Assembly (NCBI GenBank): GCA_012295275.1
Contig: CM022667.1
Location: forward strand, 9,486,001 to 9,550,000
Length of the DNA stretch: 64,000 bases
Direction: 5' to 3'
DNA from: Chrysomallon squamiferum
Lineage: Eukaryota; Animalia; Mollusca
The notes below the pieces were generated by a model, which saw only the letters and a program-made list of their open reading frames with translations, did not search any database and was not told where the DNA came from. Shown piece after piece: positions 1 through 18,852 of the stretch (positions are counted from its first letter, which is position 1; the number at the start of each line of letters is the position of its first letter). The position numbers and the translations under genes were made by a program.

Positions 1-21
1 TTTTTTATTCAATTTTTATTA

Positions 22-54
<33 letters not shown>

Positions 55-479
55 GATATCCGGTTACGTCACTTGCCTGTAACAGGTGTGTGGAAAAATC
101 AAACTAAAAGGCTATGAAAACACATATTAATTACAACAATAATTGCAGCGGGTCGATAAAATCTGTGCGTTTTGTCCTCTTTACGTCCGCATATTTAGAA
201 AATACGAAATTGATTTTGCAATAAGACTTACAGCGCACGTCATGGCAGTATTTTAATAGACAGAAGAACGGCGATTTCAAAGTGCCGTTCCTTTGTTATG
301 CTTGGTTTCGTCGACGTCACAGCAGTAATAAATAAATTACCGTAAAGTGCGTAAAAAAACCCAACCCGGCATCCATCCAACCATCCTTTGTCCCAGTCCT
401 TATCACTAACTTATTGTTAGATAATTAATAAAGTGTGTTACGTTGAACAGGCAAAATCGTAAACTATTGCAGTCAGATA

Positions 480-821
480 CTCTTCAGACTGTTCACGATA
501 TTACTGTTGCTACTGCAGCTACTACTGCAACTACATCAACTACTGCAGCTGACGCTATTACCATTTCTAAAACGATTGCTACTGTTATTATTACTATTAT
601 CAATACTGCTGGCTTTGCTACTTTTGCTGCTGCTGTTATTACTACTACCACTACCACAACTATTACTAAAGATACAACTACTACTACAACTATTACAGTA
701 CTACCATTAATGCTGCTGCTGCTAGACTACTACTACTACTACTACCACAGCATCTGCTATAACTATTTACTATCAATACTACTGTTGCTTCTTCTAACTC
801 CACCGTTATTATTATTATTAT

Positions 822-880
<59 letters not shown>

Positions 881-1135
881 ATAGTAGTATTACTATTATT
901 ACTATTACTATTATTTTTACTATTATTATTTTATTACTGGTGTTATTGTTATTATTATTATTATTATTAGAACTACTTCTGCTGCAGTACAATAGCAAAA
1001 TCAACTACTACAACAACTTTTACAATTACTGTTACAGTAACAACTACTGCTACTATTACTGCTGCCACTGCTACTAACCATAATCACGAGATGATGATGA
1101 TGATGATGATGACGAAGACGACGTTGATGACATTT
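480..1135. repeat. Compound trinucleotide microsatellite block (CTA/TTA/GTA/GAT)
   Basis: Direct inspection; produces the spurious poly-T/L/V/Y ORFs at 443-1004. Confidence 0.9.
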
Positions 1136-2024
1136 ACTTTCCTAATGACTGCAACTGTTTATTCAGCTGCAGTCTTCGATTCGAAAGGACAAACGCTTGC
1201 CTGAGTTTTCATAATTTCCCGTTCCGGATAGTGCTCCGTCAACAAGAGAATCAGCGACCGTGACGTCACCGGGAAGGTGGATAGAAAAGATTTTCTTACT
1301 GCTAATTCATCGGAGTAACCCATCGAGAGGGTAACAGCGGGTTTCAGATCATTTCATGATGGTCACCACCGGAAACCTAAAAGAATAAGAAGTAAAATTA
1401 TAACAGCTGGTATTTAACAGAACATTGTTAAAGCAGAATGCAGTACTAAATACAGTACCTTATGCCTCACAGCATTATAGCAGTTAACAAGCAAATAAAC
1501 GTCACAGTGTTCAGTGCAGTGTAGTACAGAACTGTACAGTAAAATCCAGACTGTCACACAGAACAACTTAGAAAGTACTATACACGCATACAATACAAGT
1601 GTATATAAAACATATTTACTTGTACTCATTACAAGTACTAATGTATGTGTGTGTGTGCGTGTGTGTGTTGTATAATGTAGTAGAGTACGTTATACAGTAC
1701 AGTATACACTACCAGTATGGAAAGGTACTGCAATGTACACATTACATTATGCACTACAGTACCACGGTGCACTTTAGACAAGTGTACAGTAGAATATATT
1801 GCACAGTGCGTTATATAATACTGTACAACAATACTTATTTTATTTTATTTATTTATTTATTTATTGTACTGACATGAATTCAACAAACTTAAACAGTTGA
1901 AAATAAAAAAGAATTGTGAATACAATACAGTATACTGTACAAGAATGCAACAACATAAAGTATAAGTTACAACAGAGTACATTGCAGTTTGTTTATTTAA
2001 CAACATGCCAATGCAATAAACAAA

Positions 2025-2079
<55 letters not shown>

Positions 2080-2558
2080 AATAAATAAAATAAATAAGAT
2101 AAAATAAAACTGGCTATTGGGTGTTAATTACAGAATACGGTACAGATAAGACAGAGAATTACGGCAGAGAGCAAGTGCAGTACAATTTTATGTCAGTAAC
2201 CTTATGTACAACACACAATACAGTGCCTGAACAATACAGTTCAATACACTAAATGACAATTTAATGTAATACAACAGATAGCAACATAATGTACAACAAA
2301 GAAAAATATTGTAAAATATCTGCGTGCACCAGAGTATGGATTTTTGGTTGTGGTTTTCTTTTCTTTTTTTCTTTCTTTGTTTTGTTTCTATGCTTGTTTA
2401 TTTGTTTGTTTGCGTATTTGTTTATTTGTTTTGCTTTTTATTTGTTTATTCGTTTGTTGGCTTGTTTATTTGTTTGCTTCTTTGTTTGTTTGTTTGTTTG
2501 TTTGTTCTGTTTTATCAAAACTACAAATTATAACAAAGCTAACATTCTGCAGCAACTC

Positions 2559-2619
<61 letters not shown>

Positions 2620-2959
2620 GATAACGTCTGCACCTGTCTACAAGTCATGTCGGATTCCAAACACGTAGTATTAACAATTTTTACAAGAACCTTTTGTAAT
2701 TTTATATCATCGATTTAAACTCTGCTGCGATCACGTTTCAACGATGTAATCGAATTGTTAGAGCAACTGCCTTAAAAAATAATAATAATAAAAAAAAATT
2801 AAAAAAAGTAACTGAGAAAATAAAATATAATGCACAGTATGTGATATATATAGATTAAATCAAAAAAAGCACAGTCCGAGTGGTTTTGGTTTTGTATTGA
2901 TGAACAGACAGACAGACAGAAATACACTGATCGATTTAAATATGGATACACAGATACAT

Positions 2960-3165
2960 TTAAATATACGTACACACACACACATACATACACACATATA
3001 ACACACATACATACACACATATATACATACACACATACATAAACATACATACGTACATACATACATATATACATACATACACACACACACACACACATAC
3101 ATACATACATACATACATACATACATACATACATACATACATACATACATACACACATACATATA
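2960..3165. repeat. (TACA)n/(CA)n microsatellite
   Basis: Direct inspection. Confidence 0.95.
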
Positions 3166-3645
3166 CGTATTTAAATATAAAAAATATTAAAAAAAAAATT
3201 CCCGGGAACTTAAAAACAAAAAGAACTAATAACTTATCTCTGTATATTATAGAGCACTGTAAGTAACATTCGATTATATGAATAGCTCTGGAAAAGTCGA
3301 AGTAACGCTGATAGCCCAGGGGAAAACATAACTATCAACATAATTGTATACACATTGTGGTAAAATTTGGTTTTAATTTGTTAATAATTAATTTATTTAT
3401 TTATTTATTTATTTGCCTATGTTAGGGTTGTTGTTGTTGTTAACAATATAAATAATATTAGAAGTAGTGATATTAATATTCGTAGTAGTAGCAGCAACAA
3501 CAATAGCAGAGGTAAAAAAATGATAAAACTAAAATTAAGATGGATGCACAAAAATGAACCATTAAAAACAGAAAACTAGATAACATTATAACCACAAAGT
3601 ATACTGTATTTAAGCAGAATTAGCTTTATATACAATTCATTTTGT

Positions 3646-3698
<53 letters not shown>

Positions 3699-3768
3699 TT
3701 AGATGAGCAGTTCGAAGTAATAATATATAAAATTTATTAAATTATTATCGGTTTTTTTATATCTTTAA

Positions 3769-3771
<3 letters not shown>

Positions 3772-3848
<77 letters not shown>
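3772..3848. repeat. (CT)n microsatellite
   Basis: Direct inspection. Confidence 0.95.
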
Positions 3849-3849
<1 letters not shown>

Positions 3850-4346
3850 ACAAAATAATATTCTCATATCGTTATTATTTAAATATTATTACCTGCCTTG
3901 AATTATCATATATTTAATTTTAAATCTTATGCACACACACACGCGGACAGAGATTATCGACCTGTTTGAGATTACGACAGCACGTGCAAACATAATCCTT
4001 ACAAATCGTATCCAACAATGATTTAGAATTTTATATGCATTGGACAGAAAGCAGATGTCGAATCTTCATTGCCACAGATTATCAGCAGAATGGAAGAATT
4101 ACACATGTCACTGGGCTGGCCGATTTCTTATTGAATTTCACTGACGCGCGTATGTCAACACTGTTGTCATAGTGACTGATTTTCTTTTACTGTTTACAGT
4201 CGCGAACATATGTCGCTGGCAACGGGCCGAGAGCATCAGAGTTGATGAAAAAGCAATGAACGGGAACTAAGCGTTAACCACAATCGTCGATTCGGTTGTT
4301 TTGTCGCGAAACGGTTTTAATTATATTATCCTTTTTTTTTTTTTTA

Positions 4347-4378
<32 letters not shown>

Positions 4379-4398
4379 GTTATGCCGGGTTTTTTAGA

Positions 4399-5105
4399 TA
4401 AGTTATCTCCCTTCCAAAATGGCAGATTTAACTCTGAGCGTTTGTAGATTTATTTTAATTATTGTTATTTATTTATTTTTTTTATTCATTTTTATTTATT
4501 TTTTTTTTTTTTTATTTTTTTTATTTAATTATTTATTTTTATTATTTATTTATTATTATTTTATTTTATTTTATTTTATTATTTTAACTTCTTTTTTTTT
4601 TTTTTTTTTTTTTTTGCATTCTTTTTCTGAAAGGTTTTTCTTTCTTCTTTTGTTGTTATTGTTGTTACTGCTGCTGCTGCTGCTGTTGTTATTTGTTGTT
4701 TGGTACCACTTCCTAATCACTGTACTGTAAGTTATTACGAAACAGTAGCAAGAATGTGATTATATTTTTCTTCTGATATTATAAAAATATAATTTACAAG
4801 CATGTGATACACCTTTCTTATGAACATGGCTAGAACGGGAAAACATTATACCGCTTTGTCGTGGTTAACTGACTGTTCGATGAGTTACGTTCCCCATTCC
4901 AAGATGGCAGATTTAACAGCGAGAATTTGTTGGATGGACTATTTTATTTATTTTTAAAATTTATACACTTACCTGTACTCTGGAAATTATAAACTTTGAG
5001 ACAAATTTCTTAAAGCTGTGGCTGGAACGAGAAATATTTCCACTTATTTGTAGTCGTTAATCGATCGCAGTTCCATTGAAAGTTCTACGAACACTTATCT
5101 CCAAC
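4399..5105 (+). repeat. Degenerate local duplication or interspersed-repeat fragments
   Basis: TTCCAA(A/G)ATGGCAGATTTAAC at about 4412 and 4897; TGGCT(A/G)GAACG(G/A)GAAA at about 4827 and 5018. Confidence 0.6.
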
Positions 5106-6146
5106 CATGAAGTGAACGACTTGAATAATAACAATACAGAAATCTGGTGACTCAGTCTTGTTAGTTTATTTACTTCATGCTGAACGATTTTTGTATCTTT
5201 TTAAGTGTTAAACACACGCAAGCAAAGACAACCACATGTTTATTGCTATTAGTATGATTATGATATCATTGTCATCATCAAAATTATCATTATTATTATT
5301 ATTATTATTAGTTCTTAACCAAATAAAAAATTATTAATAAGAATAAAAAAGATTAACAATAATAACAAAGACAATAATAAATCCAAACTACATCGAAACA
5401 ATAAGAAATTAAACATAAGTAACAATAATTATAAAATTAAACTGAATTATATCTAAAAGTAGAATGGTACTCTAATTATACTGCGAATACTGCTATTACG
5501 AAAACAATAAATAAATAAATAAATAAGTAAACAAATAAAACAATAATAACAATAAAAAGTATAAATTCTTTTTCACAAACCTGAGAAATTATCGTTTCCG
5601 ATCTCACAATATAAAAAAGAATTTGGCGATTACTCCTTTCATTGTTTTACGTCACTATATTGTTTGACGTTGTAATTTCTTTATCATATGAAAACGTCTT
5701 CGTTTTCTTTTTGCATATTTATTACTAGATGCTTTGTCCATAAAGGTTATGTTTCGTTTATATATAAAATAATTTTGCATGACCGTCTTCGGTTCCTATA
5801 CGGCTGATTTCGAAGTGAAAATACATTTATAAATGATTTATAGTCGTATTTTCGAGCTTTTCCGTCCATTTGATGAAACAACACGATTATTTCCGATCAC
5901 AACCGAGACTCTTCGCTCAGTGCTATTTTTAGCAAATACACAGCGATAATAAAAATAGTTACGGAAGTAAACAAAAAATGTTTTCGTTACTACATCGCTA
6001 GTTACAACATCTCCCTGCATCGGTTAACTGACACATTAAACACGTTTAATCTACTGTTACATATCTATAACATGTCTTTAGTTATTTATCGATTATTTCG
6101 TTTCTGCAAGGTCATATTTACGAGTTCGATGTCGTGGATGACAGGT

Positions 6147-6286
6147 GGGCGTGGTTTCGCTGAAAACATGTCTGAAACATGTTCAAACAGGTACTGGACA
6201 GAACCAACGCGTACTATAAACAGCTTCAGCTCACTCGATCTGATCATAACATCAAATACAACTTCAGAGAACAGAATCTACTACAA
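6147..6286 (+). promoter_or_regulatory. Probable promoter and upstream (5') exon of the ligase gene
   Basis: CpG-retaining region with GC-box GGGCGTGG (6147-6154), consensus donor AA|GTAAGA at 6286/6287, and acceptor TTTTGTCAG| at 7633, 23 nt before the ATG. Confidence 0.5.
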
Positions 6287-6596
6287 GTAAGAACTATTCT
6301 CCCTGTTTATTAGTATTATTATTATTCATAGCAGTAGTAGTAGAGTGGTAGTGATGGTAGCAGTTAATGTAGTAGTGCTAGTGGTGGTAGTAATAGCTGC
6401 AGTAGTATCACTAGAAATAGTTGTAGTAGTAGTGGTAGGCGTAGTCGTCATAGTAGTTGTTGTACTGGTAGTAGTAGCAGTAGTGGTAGTAATGGGCTTG
6501 ACTAAAACTTAAAACACCGTGCATACTTTGATTTAGGATATTTCGAAATTACTCAAATAATTAAATTTACTTGCCTGTAATACAAGTATTATAAAT

Positions 6597-6630
<34 letters not shown>

Positions 6631-6927
6631 TGTATGTATGTATGTATGTATGTATGTATGTATGTATGTATGTACGTATGTATGTCTGCATGTGTGTATG
6701 TGTGTGTGTCTGTGTGTGTTATTTATTGTGTGTATAATGTGCGTGTGTGTGTTTGTGTATGTCTCAATGGCTAAATGACTGCATTTACGAATGTATTGTT
6801 ATCTCTGAGAAATAAGATTCTACGGAAGAATCATCTGATGCCAGTTTTCTTTTGACTTTTACAAATACGTTTGATTATTTTTGAATGCCCGATTTTCTTT
6901 ATAATAAACAAGTTATTGTTCTGGCAC

Positions 6928-6983
<56 letters not shown>

Positions 6984-7656
6984 GTTATTGTTATTATTAT
7001 TTCCTTTGTTATTATTATTTTAAACTTATTTTGTATTAATTTCGGTGGAGGTATCAAATATCATTATAGTGAATGTAAACCTTCTTTCCGAAAGTAATTG
7101 TTTTGTTTGTTGTTTTGTTTTGTTTACTTGTTGTTGTTTTTTTAATTATTATTTTATTTATTTTTTATCTTATTATTAGTAGTAGTATTAGTAGTAGTAG
7201 TAGTATTTATTTGGGGTTTTTTTTTTCAAAATGTTTCATTTATTTGAACTAAATATAAATATTTTACATTCGCGCTCAGTCTGTGTAGGTGTGTTATTTT
7301 CTCGAATGTTTACTTTTATTTTCGTTTTCCTTTATTATAGTTCCATTTTGTGAGTTCCTTTCAAATTCTGATCAGCTTTATTATTATATTAGTTTCATTT
7401 TATTTATTTTTATTATTTATTTATTTATTTTGCTATGTCTTTCATTCCCGCCTTCCCTCTTTTTTTCTTTATTTTCTTTTTTTCTTTATTCATTTATTCA
7501 TTTTGTTATATATTTATTTATTTGTTTGTTGGTTTGTTTATTTTGTTATTTTATTATTTTGTTATACAATTATTATTTTTCTCATTTGTTTATTTATGTG
7601 TTTATTCATTCATTCTTTCGTCTTTTTTGTCAGATTTCAAAGACAACAGACACAAA

Positions 7657-14562
<6,906 letters not shown>

Positions 14563-15574
14563 ATTACAAATAATTCTCATTTATTTAAAGTGCTCAAAGG
14601 ATGAAGAACAAGAAACTAACAGTTTTAAAGAGATAATGGTTAACCTGCTAACTAAATGAACTTTCTAGAACTCATTTCATCTGTTATGACACTCCAGAAC
14701 ATATTGATATGGTCCAGTATGTACTGGCAGTGTCCAGAATGATCCAGAAAATATTAGGAGAGGTACAAGATCAATAAATCCTTTTTCATAACATTTCATA
14801 AATTTTTGAACCACAGTTAAAGAGATAAAATTTATACGCAATGAACTTTAAGAAGAAAAAAAAAAGATAAAACTCTAGCTAGGTAGAAGTAATAATTAAA
14901 TAATCTGTTAAATGTGAACACTCCATTTATGTCTTGTAGAAAGATTTTTTATTTAAAAAATCGTTAATTTATTAAGTCTTTACAAATTGCCATTATATAT
15001 TATAACACATTTAAATATTTACATACTCAGATTTATAATATGTGGTTTATATTCTTATCATGAATTATATGATATTTATTGTTAATTAGCGAAATGAAAT
15101 ATATATGTAAAATGTTATTTTAATTTTTAAATTGTTGAATTTTATCTGTTTTTGTACTGAAGGATATTTATATATGCATGCACATACAGACTACACATTT
15201 ACACACTAATATATGCACATATATGTACATGCACCAGATTTTCTTATTTACATACAATGTTAAACATGCACACACATACATACATACACACATAAACATA
15301 TGCAAATATCACAAACACACATAATCCCTGATTTTAGTTGTTGTTTTTTATCTATAGTGTTTTCATTACATATAAATGCATAATTTATTATCTATACATC
15401 AAATTTTATATAATTTATAAACTTTTAAATTGTTCTATGTTCATAACAAATTTATTTTTACTCCAGTTTTTATCTATATATACTGTTATAAAATTTTATA
15501 TATAAATACATGCTGAGCTTGTTTTATCATAACCAATACTTTGTTCAATTTAAAAATTTTAATTCTTTGTTAAT

Positions 15575-15812
15575 AATAAAAGTGATATTTTATTTTATGT
15601 TAAGTTCATATATACATATATATATATATATATATACTTACTGAACTTGTTAAACCAGTCTTAGATAATCATTGCTCTTCTAAAACTATCTATATTGATT
15701 TATCTTGCTGGGGAGAGTGTTTGTTCATGCTGTTTTTGTTAGTTTATTTGTTTTATTGTCCAGAATTATTGTTTATGTTAACAAACTGTAACCATTAGGA
15801 GACTAAAATAAA
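15575..15812 (+). terminator. Tandem putative poly(A) signals of the ligase gene
   Basis: AATAAA at 15575 and 15807, each followed by GTGATATTT, just before the convergent RABIF 3' end. Confidence 0.4.
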
Positions 15813-16485
15813 GTGTGATATTTCATAAATAGGTCTTTGTGCTCCATTTCAATTCAGTTTTTAGACAGATGATTATAAATTTTAGTTAAATATTTTACAA
15901 AGCACTGCTTATCCAGACTGCACTGGACTATATGTTACACATTTTGTGCAAATAAGTATCTCCCATTCGTAATTTTTTGAATTTATTACAGTTTTCCCTT
16001 TTTAATCATTATTTTCTTAAAATGTTGCGCCACCAAAGGTGCAGAGATACTACAAACAATTAGTGTACTATTTTGAATTATTTATCTTTATCACAAAGTT
16101 TACAAAGAATGGGTCTCTTTATTTCTGTCTTAAAAAAAAATTTAATAGAAAAATACCCCGCTCTCTCTTTCTCTCAGCAATTTGATTTTCACATTTCCAC
16201 ACCCCAAAACATGAAACAAAATAAACCTTCATCGCTGTCAAAACAAAATGCACATACACACACAAAACACAAGCACACATGCATAAAAATAAAATAAAAT
16301 AAAAATCTTCAAATTTCAAATTAAAAAACAAAACTGAATATTATTTTTTAATTTTTTTTTTTTTAAAACAGTAATATTTTTTACACAACAATTCATCAAC
16401 AATATCAAATTTCAATATTTTATTCCTACCACCAAGAAATTTCTCCATAAATTAATTAAACCTACCAAAAAAGCTATGTATATAA

Positions 16486-16984
16486 TCATTCATGTTTAAC
16501 TCTAGCCAGAGCTATATAAAATTTCTTTTTGTCTGTGGAATCTGTCCAGCCAATTGGTCCGATCTCACAGTCTGCACAGATTAAATATTTGATTGTTCCA
16601 ACACTGTTTGTGAAGCCAACATTGTCAAATGTAAACATGTCCTCCACCATCCAATAATCTGTCAATGTTTCACCTCCTTCTGGTTGACTGTCGACATTTT
16701 TCTTAAACATGTGTGGTAGAACAAACTGCAACAAAAGGAACTGGATTAAAGTAAAGTGATAATAATAATATTAATAATAATTGTAACAATTGCAATAATG
16801 ATGTTAAAGAATGTTATGTTACTAATGAACAGTTATTGTAAAACAAACTGTAAAGAAATAAACTGGATTCATGTGAATTAATAATAACAGTAATGATGAT
16901 GGCAATAAAGCATTACATATCATTAAGGTATTTGGACATTTATGATAAAACAAACAGTAAAGAAAAAAACAGGATTAAAACTGT

Positions 16985-17049
<65 letters not shown>

Positions 17050-17734
17050 TTAACAATAGTATGTGTTCTCTGTGTGGATGTAGTTTTCTGAGTTAGTGCC
17101 TGTTTGTGTGTGCATGAGTTTGCTTTGTTGTGGTTATGTGTTTGTACTGGTTAGCTCCAAAATCGATCAGAATCAGCATTCAGCAGAATAACAACTGAGA
17201 TTTCATAATTATTTCATCATCATTTTCATTGTGTATATATTAATAAATGTCCAGCTTCTACATTTCACTGTCTACTCTGACTTAAAAAAAATAAAAATAA
17301 AAAATAAAAATTCCTTTTTTCATTGTATATAATGATTTTTCTTTAATAACGATTTTCAAAATTGTGTACAATTAACAACTGATAATTCGATTTTTGCTGA
17401 AGTTTAAAAATCAGATTGTAAAAAACAAGAAAAAAAAAAGTGGAAAGAAAAAATGAATAATGTATACAGTCAACATTAATAAATATTTGTAACTTTCAAC
17501 GAAATTTTAACAAATAAAAATATATATAACAGCACCAAATAAAGAAAAGAAAGAAAAATTTAAATAGAAAAATTTGTTTCTCACTTCTGTTTCTACTTTT
17601 TGCGCCTGGTTTATCGACAGTACCTTACTAGGACAGCGTTGGCAATATATATTTGTCTTGTTCCTTCCATTTTCTAGAAGATTATTTTGATCTATACTGT
17701 TTCCTTTTTGTTTCGTATCGTTGGTTTCTGCCAT
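16486..17734 (-). CDS. RABIF: Guanine nucleotide exchange factor MSS4 / Rab-interacting factor, 129 aa, 2 exons
   Basis: Exons 17734-17585 (MAETN...IYCQRCPSKVL...ETE) and 16725-16486 (FVLPHM...WMVEDMFTFDNVGFTNSVGTIKYLICADCEIGPIGW...FYIALARVKHE). The two CxxC zinc ligands and the DMFTFxNVGFT and YLICADCEIGPIG signatures are those of Mss4. Confidence 0.95.
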
Positions 17735-17900
17735 GGGTATGCAATATACAGAAAAATCGCATACACACGGAAGTCTTTGCACTTAAAATATACCATACAA
17801 TACACTGATACTAAACTGCCGTGAATGTTTATTTCGCGAATCGGAAGTAAAATTCGGTTGCGCAAACAGAATCGGGGCGCGTGGAAGTAAAGTGGTAAAA
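17735..17900. promoter_or_regulatory. Bidirectional promoter shared by RABIF and PSME3IP1
   Basis: CpG-rich patch between divergent genes. ETS/GABP-type CGGAAGT at 17768 and 17842, GGAAGT at about 17883, palindromes TTCGCGAA (17833-17840) and TTGCGCAA (17858-17865), GGGGCGCG at 17874. Confidence 0.65.
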
Positions 17901-18852
17901 ATTTATATATTAATCAGTTACTTTCTGTTCAAATTATTTGCATTTTAAAAGTTTGATTTTAGCGTTGAGAATAAGCATTTGCACAAGACTTCCGACTGGC
18001 CCTATTTCGCATTATTGAACATTTCTAATTAAAACGATCATTTATAATAAAGTTTTAAAGCGTTATGGAACTTAAACTGCAATATAATTAATATAAATAT
18101 TATGTTTATCAAATATAGGTATGAATCATTGTTTGTATTTCGGAAGAAGAAAAAAAACCCAACAACAACAACAATATATATATCTTCAGTCTGAAAAATA
18201 ATACACTATTTACAGTGCAAAATGTGTACGTGTAGGTTCGGAAATTTTGCTTTTGAGTTAATTTTGACGTTTTATCGTTACATTTTAAGTTAGTGTTCGT
18301 TATTTCTATTTTTCATTTTATTTTCTTGTTGTTTGTTACATTATAATTAATATTTGTGGTGTTTATAATTAATATATATTATATTTTTCTTTATTAGTAA
18401 TTATCAAAGTGATTCAACATTTTCATTATTAATACTATGAAGAATCCATGAATAATAAATTTATAAAACCTGAAAACCATATGCCAAATTTAATTTTTTT
18501 TTTTTCTTTGAGTAATATAAAATTATTATCACAATTCCTTTTTAACAAAGATATAATATGAAAGAAAAATGTTTTACATAAGTACTGTACAATTATTTTG
18601 CAATGCCAGACCAAATATGTTTCCAGATAGAAAAGCCAGATAAACCAGTGTAGTTACTAACTGAAATTTATTAATATTTCCTCACAATTCTGCAAAGCAG
18701 TTCTCAACCATAAATCATGAACTACCTACACTGAAAAATGGATTACATAGAAATTCTTAATTCTGTATTTCAGACAGAAAACAAAACAAAAAATAAAATT
18801 AAATAAAACTTCTTTCTGAGAAAGGAGTTTTGTTCATTACTCATCAAATAAA

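Noticed and set aside
443-3162. ORF-track proteins rich in L/I/V/Y/C (443-970, 2289-2718, 2799-3162 and similar ones across the window)
   Set aside because: They are translations of (ATT)n, (TTTG)n, (TACA)n and (GA)n microsatellites, with no splice-consistent coding signal.
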